A stretch of DNA of 64,000 nt. It comes from an uncultured Candidatus Rokubacteria bacterium. Lineage in GTDB: Bacteria > Methylomirabilota > Methylomirabilia > Rokubacteriales > CSP1-6. Each line of letters starts with the position of its first letter. Position 1 is the first letter of the stretch. The notes beneath the pieces are model-generated. The model saw only the letters and a list, made by a program, of their open reading frames with translations, was not told the origin of the DNA and did not search any database. The stretch is from positions 1,440,001 to 1,504,000 of the forward strand of contig CAVYTA010000006.1 in assembly GCA_963771355.1 (NCBI GenBank), read 5' to 3'. Made by a program: the position numbers and the translations under genes. Below are positions 48,142 to 58,900 of this stretch, piece after piece.

Positions 48142-49275
48142 TCAGTCCATGTAGTACCAGAACTTCGGCTCGGTCCCGAGATCCTCCTTCAGGCGGAACA
48201 CCTTCTTGTTCGCGAGCACCCAGCGGATCTCGCTGTCGGGGTCGAGGAGGTTGCCGAACACGCGCGCGCCCGTCGGGCAGGCTTCCACGCACGCCGGGTT
48301 CTTCCCCTCGCGCGAGCGCTGGATGCAGAAGGTGCACTTCTCGACCACGCCCTGCTTCCGGAGGCGGTTGCCCAGGTAGTGCTGATTCGGGTTCACCTCG
48401 TCGGCGGGGACGACGGGATCCGACCAGTTGAAGCGGCGCGCATCGTAGGGGCAGGCCGCGATGCAGTAGCGGCAGCCGATGCACCAGTTGTAGTCCACCA
48501 CCACGATGCCGTCCGGCTCCATCCACGTGGCCTTGACCGGGCAGACGTCCACGCACGGCGGGTTCTGGCAGTGGAAGCACTGCGTGCCGATATAGAAGTG
48601 CCCGGCCGCGGGGACCTCGTGGAAGAAGTTGTCCTCGGCGTGGCCGAAGTCGATCTGCCCTTTCTTGTGCTCATGGATGCGGATGTACTGGATGCCGGTG
48701 CGCCGGTCCTGGTTGTTCTCCTTCACGCAGCCGCGGATGCAGTCCATGTAGCCCCGGCACTTCGAGATGTTGAAGGCGTAGCCGTAGAGCACGCCCGGCC
48801 GCGCCCCGGTGGCGCTCACGTCGATTTGCTGCCCGGTGCGGAGCTGATGGCTGCGCTCGAGGCGGCGCACGGTGTCCGACTTCTCCTGGTCGGTCATCAG
48901 GCGGAAGTTCCCCTGGAAGTACTCCTGCCAGTCGAGCACCGCCCTTTCCTTGGCCTCGGCGGACGCGATGGGGTTGCACGCGGTCTGGAAGAGCCCGAGC
49001 CCGGCAAGGAGCCCGCCGGCGATGCCCCCCAGCGCGGTGCGGCGGTCCACCTCGCGCTCCAGCAGCTGGCGGAAGCCGGAGAGGTGCGGATCCTCGCCCG
49101 GGTCGAGGCCCTCCGGCGGGGGCATGGCGGCGGCGAGCTGGCGCACGCGCGCGAGGCCGCCGTCGGCGCTACCGCTGCCGCACCCGCAGCCGCCACCGCC
49201 GCAGCCGCAGCCACCACCGCCGGCGCCATGTACGGCGCGAGGCTGAATCACGGGAAGCGGACGGTTCATCGTCAT
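48142..49275 (-). CDS. NrfC-like Fe-S dicluster protein with Tat-like signal
   Basis: CFHC..PPCVDVCP, CIGCRYCIAACP, KCTFC...PACVEACP; DRRTAL plus hydrophobic segment. Confidence 0.9.
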   Translation of the reverse strand: MTMNRPLPVIQPRAVHGAGGGGCGCGGGGCGCGSGSADGGLARVRQLAAAMPPPEGLDPGEDPHLSGFRQLLEREVDRRTALGGIAGGLLAGLGLFQTACNPIASAEAKERAVLDWQEYFQGNFRLMTDQEKSDTVRRLERSHQLRTGQQIDVSATGARPGVLYGYAFNISKCRGYMDCIRGCVKENNQDRRTGIQYIRIHEHKKGQIDFGHAEDNFFHEVPAAGHFYIGTQCFHCQNPPCVDVCPVKATWMEPDGIVVVDYNWCIGCRYCIAACPYDARRFNWSDPVVPADEVNPNQHYLGNRLRKQGVVEKCTFCIQRSREGKNPACVEACPTGARVFGNLLDPDSEIRWVLANKKVFRLKEDLGTEPKFWYYMD

Positions 49276-49873
49276 TCCTGTCTCCCGGCCACGGCGGGCC
49301 ACCGCGTGTCCCACCGCGGCTGATGCGGGTTGTGACACTGCGCGCAGGCGAAGATCACCCGGGGCGGCGCCCAGCCGCCCGCGCGCTTGCCGTGCGCGCC
49401 GCTGGCCCAGTCGCTCGCCTGGCGGCTATGGCACTGGGCGCACACCTGATAGCTGTGATCGAAGCCGACCGGGCTGCCCCCGAGGGTGCGCAGCGTGTGG
49501 GGAGTGTCCGGCGTGTGGCAGGTCGCGCAGGACATCACCGACGCCGGCGCGTGCTTCAGCGTCACGCCCCAGTGCGCGCGCCGGGGCGAGCCCGCGGGCC
49601 CGCGCATCCGCTCCAGCGGCACCGTGTGGCAGGTGGCGCAGGGATACTTCTCGATGGCGGGCGTGCGCGCGAGGACGGAGAAGCGCGGCCGATCGGGATA
49701 GCCCTGCACCTCCACCCGCGCCGCGCCCGCGAGGAAGGCCTCGGTGCTGAGCCCCGCGTTCGGGTTCGGCGCCTGCGCGCGCTCCGTGATGCCGCAGCAC
49801 CGGCACCGGGGCCGGCTCCTGCTGGCACGCCGCGAGGAAGAGCGCCGCGGCCGACGAGCGCGGCGAGCCTCAT
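49272..49873 (-). CDS. tetrahaem cytochrome c (frameshifted 5' part)
   Basis: CATCH, CATCH, CAQCH, CAQCH. Confidence 0.82.
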
Positions 49874-50562
49874 CGCGCGGCCTCCGCCGGGCGCGCGAAG
49901 GCCTCCGCCGGCGGCGCGGCGAGGGCGTGGCATTGCCGGCAGGTCACGCGCTCCGGGTGGCTCGTGCGGAACTCGTCCACCGCCGCCGGGCCCGCGTGAC
50001 ACGCGCGGCAGTTCTCCCGCATCTGGAGCGCGTGCGGGATAGGCGGCGGGCTGCCCGGCATGGCCGCGCCCCGTAGCGGCGGCGGCCCCGTCGTTTCCCA
50101 GCCGGTCGCCTGAAAGGCGGGCCGCCCCGCCTGCGGCACGTGGCACTGGCGGCAGGAGATGAGCTCGGGGTGCGGCGTGACGGGCGCGTAGGCCTCGAAG
50201 CGCGGCGCCCAGCCGCCGTCGCCGTGGCAGGCGAGGCAGAGGCGGCCGCCGGCGTCGCCCTCGTCGATCGCGTGCGGGATGACGGGCGGCGCCCCCGGAT
50301 AGGCCCGCCGCGCGTAGTAGACGGCGCGCGTGCGCTTGCGGTTCGGCTCCTTCGGCATGGCCGCGTACTCTGCAGCCGCGTCCACGCGCGCGTACATGCC
50401 GGCCTCCGTCGGCAGCGTGGGCATCGGCGCGGCCTGCACCGGCAGCACGCGCGCGGGCCGCTCGCCCGCGGTGAGGCTCAGCCCCACGACGACGACGAGC
50501 GCCGCCATCAGGAGCACGCCGAGGCCGATCAGGAAGTAGCGGGACCGATCCACGGAGGTCAT
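49870..50562 (-). CDS. membrane-anchored NapB-related tetrahaem cytochrome c
   Basis: RAYPGAPPVIPH (NapB-like), CLACH, CRQCH, CRACH, CRQCH. Confidence 0.85.
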   Translation of the reverse strand: MTSVDRSRYFLIGLGVLLMAALVVVVGLSLTAGERPARVLPVQAAPMPTLPTEAGMYARVDAAAEYAAMPKEPNRKRTRAVYYARRAYPGAPPVIPHAIDEGDAGGRLCLACHGDGGWAPRFEAYAPVTPHPELISCRQCHVPQAGRPAFQATGWETTGPPPLRGAAMPGSPPPIPHALQMRENCRACHAGPAAVDEFRTSHPERVTCRQCHALAAPPAEAFARPAEAAR

Positions 50563-50578
50563 GCCGGCGGCGCCGCCC

Positions 50579-52909
50579 TCAGGCCCGCTCCACCTTGACC
50601 GCGCACTTCTTGTAGTCGGGCTGACCGGAGATGGGGCAGTAGGCGTCCAGCGTGAGCTCGTTGATCAGCAGGCCTTCGTCGAAGAACGGCACGAACACCT
50701 GGCCCTCGGGCGGCCGCGCGCGCCCGTCGATCTGGGCGGGCAGCACCAGCGCACCCCGGCGCGTGACCAGGCGCACGGGCTGGCCGTTGCCGATGCCGAG
50801 CTTCCGCGCGTCGGCCGGATGCAATTCCACATACGAGGCGGGCACGGCCTGATGCAGCACGGGCACGCGCCGGGTCAGGGAGCCCGAGTGCCAGTGCTCC
50901 AGCACGCGGCCGGTGTTGAGCCAGAATGGGTACTGCGCGTCCGGCACCTCCGGCGGCGCCTCGTAGGGCCGGAACCAGATCCAGGCGCGGTGGTCGGGCT
51001 TGCCGTAGAAGTCGAAGGCGCCCTTGGCCGCGGGGTCGTACTGGCCGTTGTACCGCCACTTGGTCTCCTTCCCGTTCACGAAGGGCCACATGACGCCGGG
51101 CCGCTTCTTCAGCTCCTCGTAGGGCGCCATCTCGTGGTCCGGCCCGTGCTGGAAGCGCGAGTACTCCTTCCAGATCTCCGGGATGTGGGTGGCCTCGCTC
51201 CAGGGGAAGAGCTTCTCGAAGCCCATGCGCCGCGCGACCTCGATCATCTGCCAGGCGTCCGACATGGCCTCGCCCGGTGGGGTCAGCATCTTCTCGAAGT
51301 GCTGCGTGCGCCGCTCGGAGTTGCCCCACATGCCCTCGCGCTCGATCCACATCGCCGCGGGCAGGACCACATCGGCCACGTCCGTGGTGGGCGTGGGGTA
51401 GACGTCGGAGACCACCACGAAGCGGTCGTCCTTCTTGAGCCCGTCGCGGTAGCGGCGGAGCTTGGGCAGCGTCAGCATGGGGTTCGTGACCTGGATCCAC
51501 ACGAAGCGGATGTCCCCGCGGTCCAGCGCCCGGAACATCTCGATGGTGTTGTAGGTGGGCTTGGCCGGGATGTGCTCCGCCGGCACGCCCCAGATCTCCG
51601 CGGCCATCTTGCGCGACTTCTCGTCCGTCACCTCGCCGTGCGGCAGGCGATTGGTCAAGGTGCCGACCTCGCGCACGGTGCCGCAGGCGCTCGGCTGGCC
51701 GGTGAGGGAGAAGGGGCTATTGCCCGGGGTCGCGATCTTCCCCACCAGGAGGTGGATGTTGTAGACGAGGTTGTTGATCCACGTCCCGCGCGTGTGCTGG
51801 TTGAAGCCCATGCACCAGAAGCTCATGACCTTCCGCTTCGGGTCCGCGTAGAGCGAGGCCAGGTAGCGCAGCTCACGCGCGGGCACGCCGGAGAGGGGCT
51901 CCACCTTCTCCACCGAGTAATCGGCAGCCAGGAGCTCGCGGTATCGCTCCAGCGTGATGGTCTTTGGCTCGTCCTTGAAGGCGAACTTGTCCTCGAGGCC
52001 GTAGCCGATGTTGGTCTTGCCCTCGTGGAAGGACACGTGGTCGCGCACGAAGCCGGTGTGCACCCAGTCGTTGCGGATGATCTCGTGGCAGATCGCGTTG
52101 GCGATGGCGAGGTCGGTCTGGGGCTTGAAGAGGATACTCCGGTCGGCGGCCATGCTGGTGCGCGTCCAGCGCGTGGCCAGGTCGATGATCTTGACGTCCG
52201 GGTTCTTCAGCCGCCGCTCGAGCAGGCGGGAGAACAGGACCGGGTGCATCTCGGCCATGTTGTTCCCCCAGAGCACGAACGTGTCGGCGTGGTCGATGTC
52301 GTCGTAGCAGCCCATCGGCTCGTCCATGCCGAAGCTCGTCATGAAGCCGGTGACCGCGCTCGACATGCAGAGGCGCGCGTTGGCCTCCAGGTTGTTGGTG
52401 CCGATGGCGCCCTTCATGAATTTCGAGGCGACGTAGCCGTCGGGAATCGTCCACTGCCCCGACCCGTAGATGGCCACCGCGTCCTTGCCGTGCGCCTTGA
52501 TGGTCTCCGCCATCTTCGACGCCACGAGGTCGAGGGCCTCCTTCATGGGCACGGGGACGAGCTTGCCGTCCTTCCGCACCAGCGCCCGCGTGAGCCGGTC
52601 CTTGCCGTAGAGCGCCATCACGGAGTGATAGCCCTTCACGCAGCAGAGGCCGCGGTTCACGGGGCTCGCCGGGTCGCCCTTCACGGCGACCGCCCGGCCA
52701 TTGCTGATCCCCACCAGGAGCCCGCAGCCCACCCCGCAGAAGCGGCAGGGAGTCTTCCGCCAGGCGACGCCCTCGGGAGCCGGCGTCTGGGCCGTGGCGG
52801 TGGACGCCGCGCCGCCGGCCGGCGCGAAGAGGACGCCCGGGAACATGGCCTCGGCCGCGCTCACCGCGGCCCCGGCGGCCATGGACTTCAGCAGGTCACG
52901 TCGATTCAT
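50579..52909 (-). CDS. napA: periplasmic nitrate reductase catalytic subunit
   Basis: Tat signal NRRDLLK; CRFCGVGC...C Fe-S site; NARLCMSSA Mo ligand; GQPSACGT, NTGRVLEHWH, DYKKCAVK. Confidence 0.95.
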   Translation of the reverse strand: MNRRDLLKSMAAGAAVSAAEAMFPGVLFAPAGGAASTATAQTPAPEGVAWRKTPCRFCGVGCGLLVGISNGRAVAVKGDPASPVNRGLCCVKGYHSVMALYGKDRLTRALVRKDGKLVPVPMKEALDLVASKMAETIKAHGKDAVAIYGSGQWTIPDGYVASKFMKGAIGTNNLEANARLCMSSAVTGFMTSFGMDEPMGCYDDIDHADTFVLWGNNMAEMHPVLFSRLLERRLKNPDVKIIDLATRWTRTSMAADRSILFKPQTDLAIANAICHEIIRNDWVHTGFVRDHVSFHEGKTNIGYGLEDKFAFKDEPKTITLERYRELLAADYSVEKVEPLSGVPARELRYLASLYADPKRKVMSFWCMGFNQHTRGTWINNLVYNIHLLVGKIATPGNSPFSLTGQPSACGTVREVGTLTNRLPHGEVTDEKSRKMAAEIWGVPAEHIPAKPTYNTIEMFRALDRGDIRFVWIQVTNPMLTLPKLRRYRDGLKKDDRFVVVSDVYPTPTTDVADVVLPAAMWIEREGMWGNSERRTQHFEKMLTPPGEAMSDAWQMIEVARRMGFEKLFPWSEATHIPEIWKEYSRFQHGPDHEMAPYEELKKRPGVMWPFVNGKETKWRYNGQYDPAAKGAFDFYGKPDHRAWIWFRPYEAPPEVPDAQYPFWLNTGRVLEHWHSGSLTRRVPVLHQAVPASYVELHPADARKLGIGNGQPVRLVTRRGALVLPAQIDGRARPPEGQVFVPFFDEGLLINELTLDAYCPISGQPDYKKCAVKVERA

Positions 52910-53171
52910 GGCCGGCCTCCTCGCGGAAGACGGGAACGATGTCGCCTTCACCCACCCCCGCCACGAGCGCGAGTCCCTCGAGCGCGGGCAGGCGGGCCAG
53001 CGCTTCCTGCAGGGCTTGCTCGGCGGTCTCGTCCGGCGTGTCGGTGACGACGACGAGGAGCTCTTCGTTCACGGCGGGGATGATCTCGCAGCCGCCGAGG
53101 CCGCGCAGGGCCACCGTCAGCGCGTCGCGCTGCCCTCTTACCGGATACGCCAGATAGCTCTTGATGGGCAC
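52896..53171 (-). CDS. napD: NapD-like chaperone
   Basis: Small ferredoxin-like protein (IKSYL...LLVVVTDT) immediately upstream of napA. Confidence 0.7.
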   Translation of the reverse strand: MPIKSYLAYPVRGQRDALTVALRGLGGCEIIPAVNEELLVVVTDTPDETAEQALQEALARLPALEGLALVAGVGEGDIVPVFREEAGHEST

Positions 53172-53174
53172 GAG

Positions 53175-53330
53175 ACATCACCCTCGCAGGGGCGCTTCGT
53201 GAGCACGCGGCTCGCGCCCGGGTGCACGGGGATCGTGATGCCCCGGAGCGCGCTGTCCTTCGCGACCTTCACCCCTCCGGCGCTGCCCGCCCCCGCGAGA
53301 TCAGCGCCGCCGTAGGCGAATCCTACCACC
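53175..53330 (-). pseudogene. C-terminal fragment of a TAXI-family TRAP substrate-binding protein
   Basis: ALRGITIPVHPGA resembles the TAXI C-terminal P(L/V)HPGA motif. Confidence 0.45.
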
Positions 53331-53387
53331 TTGCGATCTCGCCGGGCCTCCGTCTCGCTCAGAAGATGTACTGGAGCGCCGCATCGG

Positions 53388-54030
53388 CTACGCGCCGAGA
53401 GCGAGCACCAGAGTCAGGATCATCCCAATGGGATAGAGCATCCGGCCCCCCCAGTTCATGCGAAGTGTCGCTGGCGTGTCCTGGCCTCTCCCGAGCGCGC
53501 TCGTCATCACCGCCTTGACCAGGCCCAGAAAGACGAGCAAGGCCGCGCCGACGAAGAACCAATCTGCTCGGGTCAGGTAAGAGATGCGAGGCAGACTGCC
53601 GGAGAGCGCCAGCATATAGGCGATCAGCGTCAGCATCGATGTCATTCCCAATCCGATTTGCTGTACCACCATCGTCGCGGGGACGAAGTAGACTCCGTAG
53701 GCCATGAGGACGATGAGGAGTAGCGGAATTCCGAGCTTCCAGGCGTAATAGGCCGAATCGCGCTTCAGATCGAGCGTGAAGTCGAAGCGAGCGAAGACGC
53801 CCGCCCGAGCGATACGGGACGACGTGGTGGCTTCGGCCGTTGCGCTCCGACCCGTCAGCCCTGAATGGAAAGGCGCTCGTTCACGCCGATGACCCGTCGC
53901 AGGGGCTGGAATACGTTCTCGGCCGCTCTGGAAGAGACTGGCCAGAGCGTGACGCTCCAACGATGCCGATCGAAGGGGAACTCACGAAAGTCCAGCGGAT
54001 AGGAGGTCTTGACCCAGAGCCGGCGCGCTA
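53388..54030 (-). pseudogene. 5'-truncated pentameric ligand-gated ion channel (GLIC/ELIC-like)
   Basis: LDFREFPFD Pro-loop, then LKR..YY..K..IP, M1-M4 with LPRISYLT.AD. Confidence 0.75.
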
Positions 54031-54103
54031 AGGTGATGACACCCTTTGCGTCCAGACCCGGACGCTGGCCGCCCCAGGAGCCGACGGCACCGCGGGGCCC
54101 TCG

Positions 54104-54371
54104 TTAGTCCTTCTTGTGCTTCAGGACCTTGCCATCCTCCGCGACGTGCACCTCGTACTGTTTGTTGTCGCGGACGTACTCAACCTCGTACACCTTCTTT
54201 CCCTTTTGGGTCTCGCGCTCGATTTCCTTGATACTGGCCCCCTTCGTTTCCTTCTCAATCGTCGCCCGGACTGGGGCCGGCACCTGATCAATCGTCACCT
54301 TGTCGCCCGCGAACACTACCGAGGGCAGTACCACCGCCGCCGCCAGAACCAGCACCCCGAAGCTTGCGCAT
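54104..54371 (-). CDS. PepSY-like secreted protein (indel in signal peptide)
   Basis: DQVPAPVRATI...IKEIERE...YEVE...V.EDGKVL; GGAGG RBS. Confidence 0.75.
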
Positions 54372-54513
54372 ATGTTCTGTTCCTCCTGCGGCCGATGATC
54401 GCCCAGATTCGATAGCCGCACAAGGGCGAGATCCAGCCGGCTGCCAGTTTGGTTCCAAGCACGAGTGCATCCCCGCCTCGTTTTCCAGCAATCCTAGGAC
54501 TTCACCTGCCAGT

Positions 54514-54540
54514 CTGCTACCTGCTACCAAACTGCTACCC
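54514..54540. repeat. three CTGCTAC(C) direct repeats at an internal junction
   Basis: Copies at 54514, 54521 and 54532. Confidence 0.55.
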
Positions 54541-54769
54541 AAAGGCCCCCGTCAGCCCTCCCGCAGGGTTACGCCCCGGCCGCGGATTCCAGACCCTCCT
54601 CTCGCGGGAATGCTTCGTCGCGGCGGCTCGTCGAAGGATAGTCCCGAACGCGCCGGCCGGACAAGCGCGGGGCAGATGCGCGACAATACGGCGACGACCG
54701 AAGCAGTCCTCGTCGTGCACGATTCGCTTCGCCGGCGGCTGGCGGTGCGCCGGCCCAGGAGGCCAGAGG

Positions 54770-55333
54770 ATGAGCGACGCACCCACGTTCGGACGCTACG
54801 CCGAGCTCCCCTTCGATCGGATGACGAAGGAGCAGCAGGAAGGCTACCGCTTCCTCGTCGACGGGCCGCGGGGCCGTCTCCCCGGGCCTTACAAGGTCTG
54901 GGTCCACAACCCGAAGCTGGTCCACGCGACCGCGCCGCTGGGCCAGCACTTCACGCCGGGCCAGTCCTCGCTCTCGGAGCGGGAGCGCGAGATCGCCGTG
55001 CTGGTGATCACGAGCGCGTGGCGCTCCGACTATCCGACCGCGGCGCACGAGACGCGCGGCAAGGAGGTCGGCCTGCCCTCGGCCTCCGTGGAGGCGATCG
55101 TGGGCGGGCGGCCCGCCTCGTTTACCGACGCGCGCGAGCAGGCGGTCTACGAGGTGGCGACGGCGCTGGCCGCCGGGCGCATCGTGCCGCAGGGCGTCTA
55201 CGATCGCGCCGTCTCCGCGCTGGGGCACGAGAGCATCACCGACATGATCGTGCTCATGGGCTACTACACCTGCGTCTCGCTGACGATGAACTTCTACGCG
55301 GTGCCGGCCGGGACGGCCGGCCTCGCTCGCTGA
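54770..55333 (+). CDS. carboxymuconolactone decarboxylase (AhpD-like) family protein
   Basis: GPRG.LPGPY..W.HNP, LSEREREIAVL, MGYY. Confidence 0.85.
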   Translation: MSDAPTFGRYAELPFDRMTKEQQEGYRFLVDGPRGRLPGPYKVWVHNPKLVHATAPLGQHFTPGQSSLSEREREIAVLVITSAWRSDYPTAAHETRGKEVGLPSASVEAIVGGRPASFTDAREQAVYEVATALAAGRIVPQGVYDRAVSALGHESITDMIVLMGYYTCVSLTMNFYAVPAGTAGLAR

Positions 55334-55364
55334 GCCGCGGCTCCGGCCGCGGGGAGGACACGCC

Positions 55365-55770
55365 ATGGCTCTCACGATCACCCGGCTCCACTCCGAGATC
55401 CGCGCCGAGGTCTCGGGCGTGGACCTCGGCGCGCCGCTGGACGCGCCGACCCGGCACGCGCTGTCGCTCGCGCTCGCCGATCACCTCGCCCTCGTGTTCC
55501 ACGGCCAGACCCTGACGCCCGACCGGTTCCTCGCCGCGGCGTCGGCCTTCGGGCCGCCGATGGAGCAGCACTACTCGCAGCACAACATGCCCGACTTTCC
55601 CCTGATCGGGCTGGTCTGGCACCGGAACGGCCAGCAGCCGGCCGAGCAGTGGCACACCGACCACACCAATCGCGAACGGCCGCCCGCGGCCACCCTGCTC
55701 CACGGCGTGGAGATCCCGTCGGAAGGCGGCGGCACGAGCGTGGCGAGCATGCGCGCGGCGTACGCGCACG
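55365..55770 (+). pseudogene. TauD/TfdA dioxygenase, 3'-truncated
   Basis: AEVSGVDL, WHTD, GGGT..ASMRAAY, then similarity ends; distal His missing. Confidence 0.78.
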
Positions 55771-55923
55771 TCTCCGGACGAGCGCGGCGGCTCGAGAGGA
55801 TAGGCAACATGAACGCCCTCCGGCGGCGGGCGCCCCTGGCTTGGGTCCCGTCACCGTGCTTCGGTCCCGTCCCCGGTGACATAACCTGCCAGACCCGGCG
55901 CTGGCCGGGGCTGGAGGCGAACA

Positions 55924-58900
55924 ATGCTGTGTTCACAGTGCCAGCACGAGAACCCGCCGCAAGCAGAAGTTCTGTCGGCGAATGCGGCGCCCGCTTCGCC
56001 ACCGCCTGCCCCCAGTGTGGCACGGCACCTCCCGCCAGGAGCCAAGTTCTGCCTCGAGTGCGGCACGCGGACCGGCTAGCCGCCGAGCTCGCCGGCAACG
56101 GTTCGCCTCCCCGGAGACGTACACGCCGCAAGCACCTCGCCGAGAAGATCCTCACCTCCAAGGCCGCGCTCGAAGGCGAGCGCAAGCAGGTCACCGTGCT
56201 CTTCGCCGACCTCAAGGGCTCGATGGAGCTGCTCGCCGACCGCGACCCCGAGGAGGCGCGCAAGCTCCTCGATCCCGTGCTCGAGCGGATGATGGAGGCC
56301 GTCCACCGCTACGAGGGCACCGTCAACCAGGTGATGGGCGACGGCATCATGGCGCTGTTCGGCGCGCCGCTCGCCCACGAGGACCACGCCGTGCGGGCGT
56401 GCTACGCGGCGCTGCGGATGCAGGAGTCGGTGCAGCGGTACGCCGACGAGGTGCGCCGCGCGCACGGCGTGCCGGTCCAGATCCGCGTCGGGCTCAACTC
56501 CGGCGAGGTCGTCGTCCGCTCCATCGGCAGCGACCTGCGCATGGACTACACGGCGGTCGGCCAGACCACCCACCTGGCCGCGCGCATGGAGCAGCTGGCC
56601 GACGCCGGGCTCGATCCTGCTCGCGCCCGACGACGCTCGCAGCTGGCCGAGGGCTACGTCGCAGGTCGACGCCGCTCGGGCCCGGTGCCGGTCAAGGGCC
56701 TGGCGGAGCCGGTCGAGGTCTACGAGCTGACCGGCGCGGGCCGCGCGCGCACGCGGCTCCAGGCGGCCGCCGCCCGCGGCCTCACCCGGTTCGTCGGCCG
56801 CGACGCCGAGCTCGAGCAGCTCCGCCGGGCGCTGGAGCACGCCGGCGCACGGGCCACGGCCAGGTCGTCGCCGTCGTCGGCGAGCCCGGCGTCGGCAAGT
56901 CGCGGCTCGTCTACGAGTTCACCCACTCGCACCGCACGCAGGGCTGGCTGGTCCTCGAAGCCGGCTCGGTCTCCTACGGCAAGGCGACGCAGCTACCTGC
57001 CCGTGATCGATCTGCTCAAGAGCCTACTTCCAGATCGAGCGATCGCGACGACCCACCGCGAGATCCGCGAGAAGGTGACCGGCAAGCTCCTCACGCTGGA
57101 CCCGGCCCTGGAGCCGACGCTGCCGGCGCTGCTGGCCCTGCTCGACGTGCCCGTCGAGGACGCCGCAGTGGCAGGCGCTCGATCCGCCGCAGCGCCGCCA
57201 GCGGACGCTCGACGCGGTCAAGCGCCTGCTGCTGCGCGAGAGCCAGGTCCAGCCGCTGCTGCTGATCTTCGAGGACCTGCACTGGATCGACGCCGAGACC
57301 CAGGCGCTGCTCGACAGCCTGGTCGAGAGCCTGCCGACCGCGCGGCTCCTGCTCCTGGTCAACTACCGGCCGGAGTACCAGCACGCGCTGGGGCAGCAAG
57401 ACCTACTACACCCAGCTCCGGCTCGACCCGCTGCCGCCGCGAGAGCGCCGACGAGCTGCTGCACGGCGCTGCTGGGCACCGACGCCGACGCTCGAGCCGC
57501 TCAAGCACTTCCTGATCGCAGCGCACCGAGGGCAACCCGTTCTTCCTGGAGGAGAGCGTGCGGACGCTGGTCGAGACGCAGGTCGCTCGTCGGCGAGCGC
57601 GGGGCGCTACCGCCTGGCCCAGCCCGTCGCCGACGATCGCAGGTGCCCGCCGACGGTGCAGGCGATCCTGGCCGCCCGCATCGACCGGCTCGCCGCCCGA
57701 GGACAAGCGCCTGCTCCAGACCGCCGTCGGTCATCGGCAAGGACGTGCCGTTCGCCGCTCCTGCTCGCCATCGCCGAGCTGCCCGAGGACGATCTCCGCC
57801 GCGGGCTCGGCCCACCTGCAGGCGGCCGAGTTCCTCTACGAGACGAGCCTGTTCCCCGAGCTCGAGTACACGTTCAAGCACGCGCTGACCCACGAGGTCG
57901 CCTACGGCAGCCTGCTCCAGGAGCGGCGCCGCGTCCTGCACGCCCGGATCGTGGAGGCCATCGAGCGGCTGCTACCCGGACCGGCTCGCCGAGCACGTCG
58001 AGCGCCTGGCCCACCACGCGTTTCGGGGCGAGGTGTGGGACAAGGTCATTCGCTACAGTCGCGAAGCCGTGAAGAAAGCGCTCGGGCGCGCGGCGAATCA
58101 TGACGCGACCACATATGTCCAGCTCGCCCTGGACGCACTGCCGGGTCTGCCTGACGGCCCACGAGCCCGCGAGCTGGCCGTCGATCTTCGCCTGGACCTC
58201 TACGTGACACTCCTGCCGCTCGACCAGCTCAGGCCGCTCCTCAGCCGCCTCCACGAGGCGGAGACGCTCGCCGAGGCGCTTCGACGATCGCGAGCGGCTC
58301 GGCTGGGCGAGGCTGCACATCTGTCATGTTGGCGGCCTGCTCGCCGCGGATCTGCGCCCATGGCCGCGATCGCGCACGACGTGGTGGCGATCGCGCATGA
58401 TGTTGGCAAACGACGGATGGAGGCCGATGCCTACCAGTGGGCGGGATGCTGGGCGTACGCGCTCGGTGAGCATCGTCGCGCTGTCGATCTCCTCCTGAAG
58501 GGAGTCGACGCGCGTACCACCATCGACCCATCAGACGAGCCCACCCGGCGCGTCGGGCGATCCGGCTACGTGGCCATGTTCCTCGCCGAGCTTGGAGATT
58601 TTGACGAGGCGCAGCGAGCAGCAGAGATCACGATGCGAGCCCGCGAGACGATCGCCGGCCATCCGTGGAACCTCGTGAATGCGTCATGGCAGATTGCGTC
58701 TGCGTATGTCCTCCAGGGCAATCTCGATCGCGCCAGGCCGCTCGCCGATCAGGCCGTTGCGCTCTGTCGTCAGTGGGGATACAGGCGCTCGCAAGGGATC
58801 GCCATGTGTGTGCTGGGCCGCATCCTCTCGCTCTGCGGTCACGCGACAGAGGCGATCGAGGTGATCGAGGAGGGTCTTCGACGCACGGATGATGTCGGGC

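Noticed and set aside
55365..57515. TauD-adenylate cyclase fusion protein
   Set aside because: TauD is truncated and the cyclase has its own RBS and ATG at 55924; the joined frame depends on indels.
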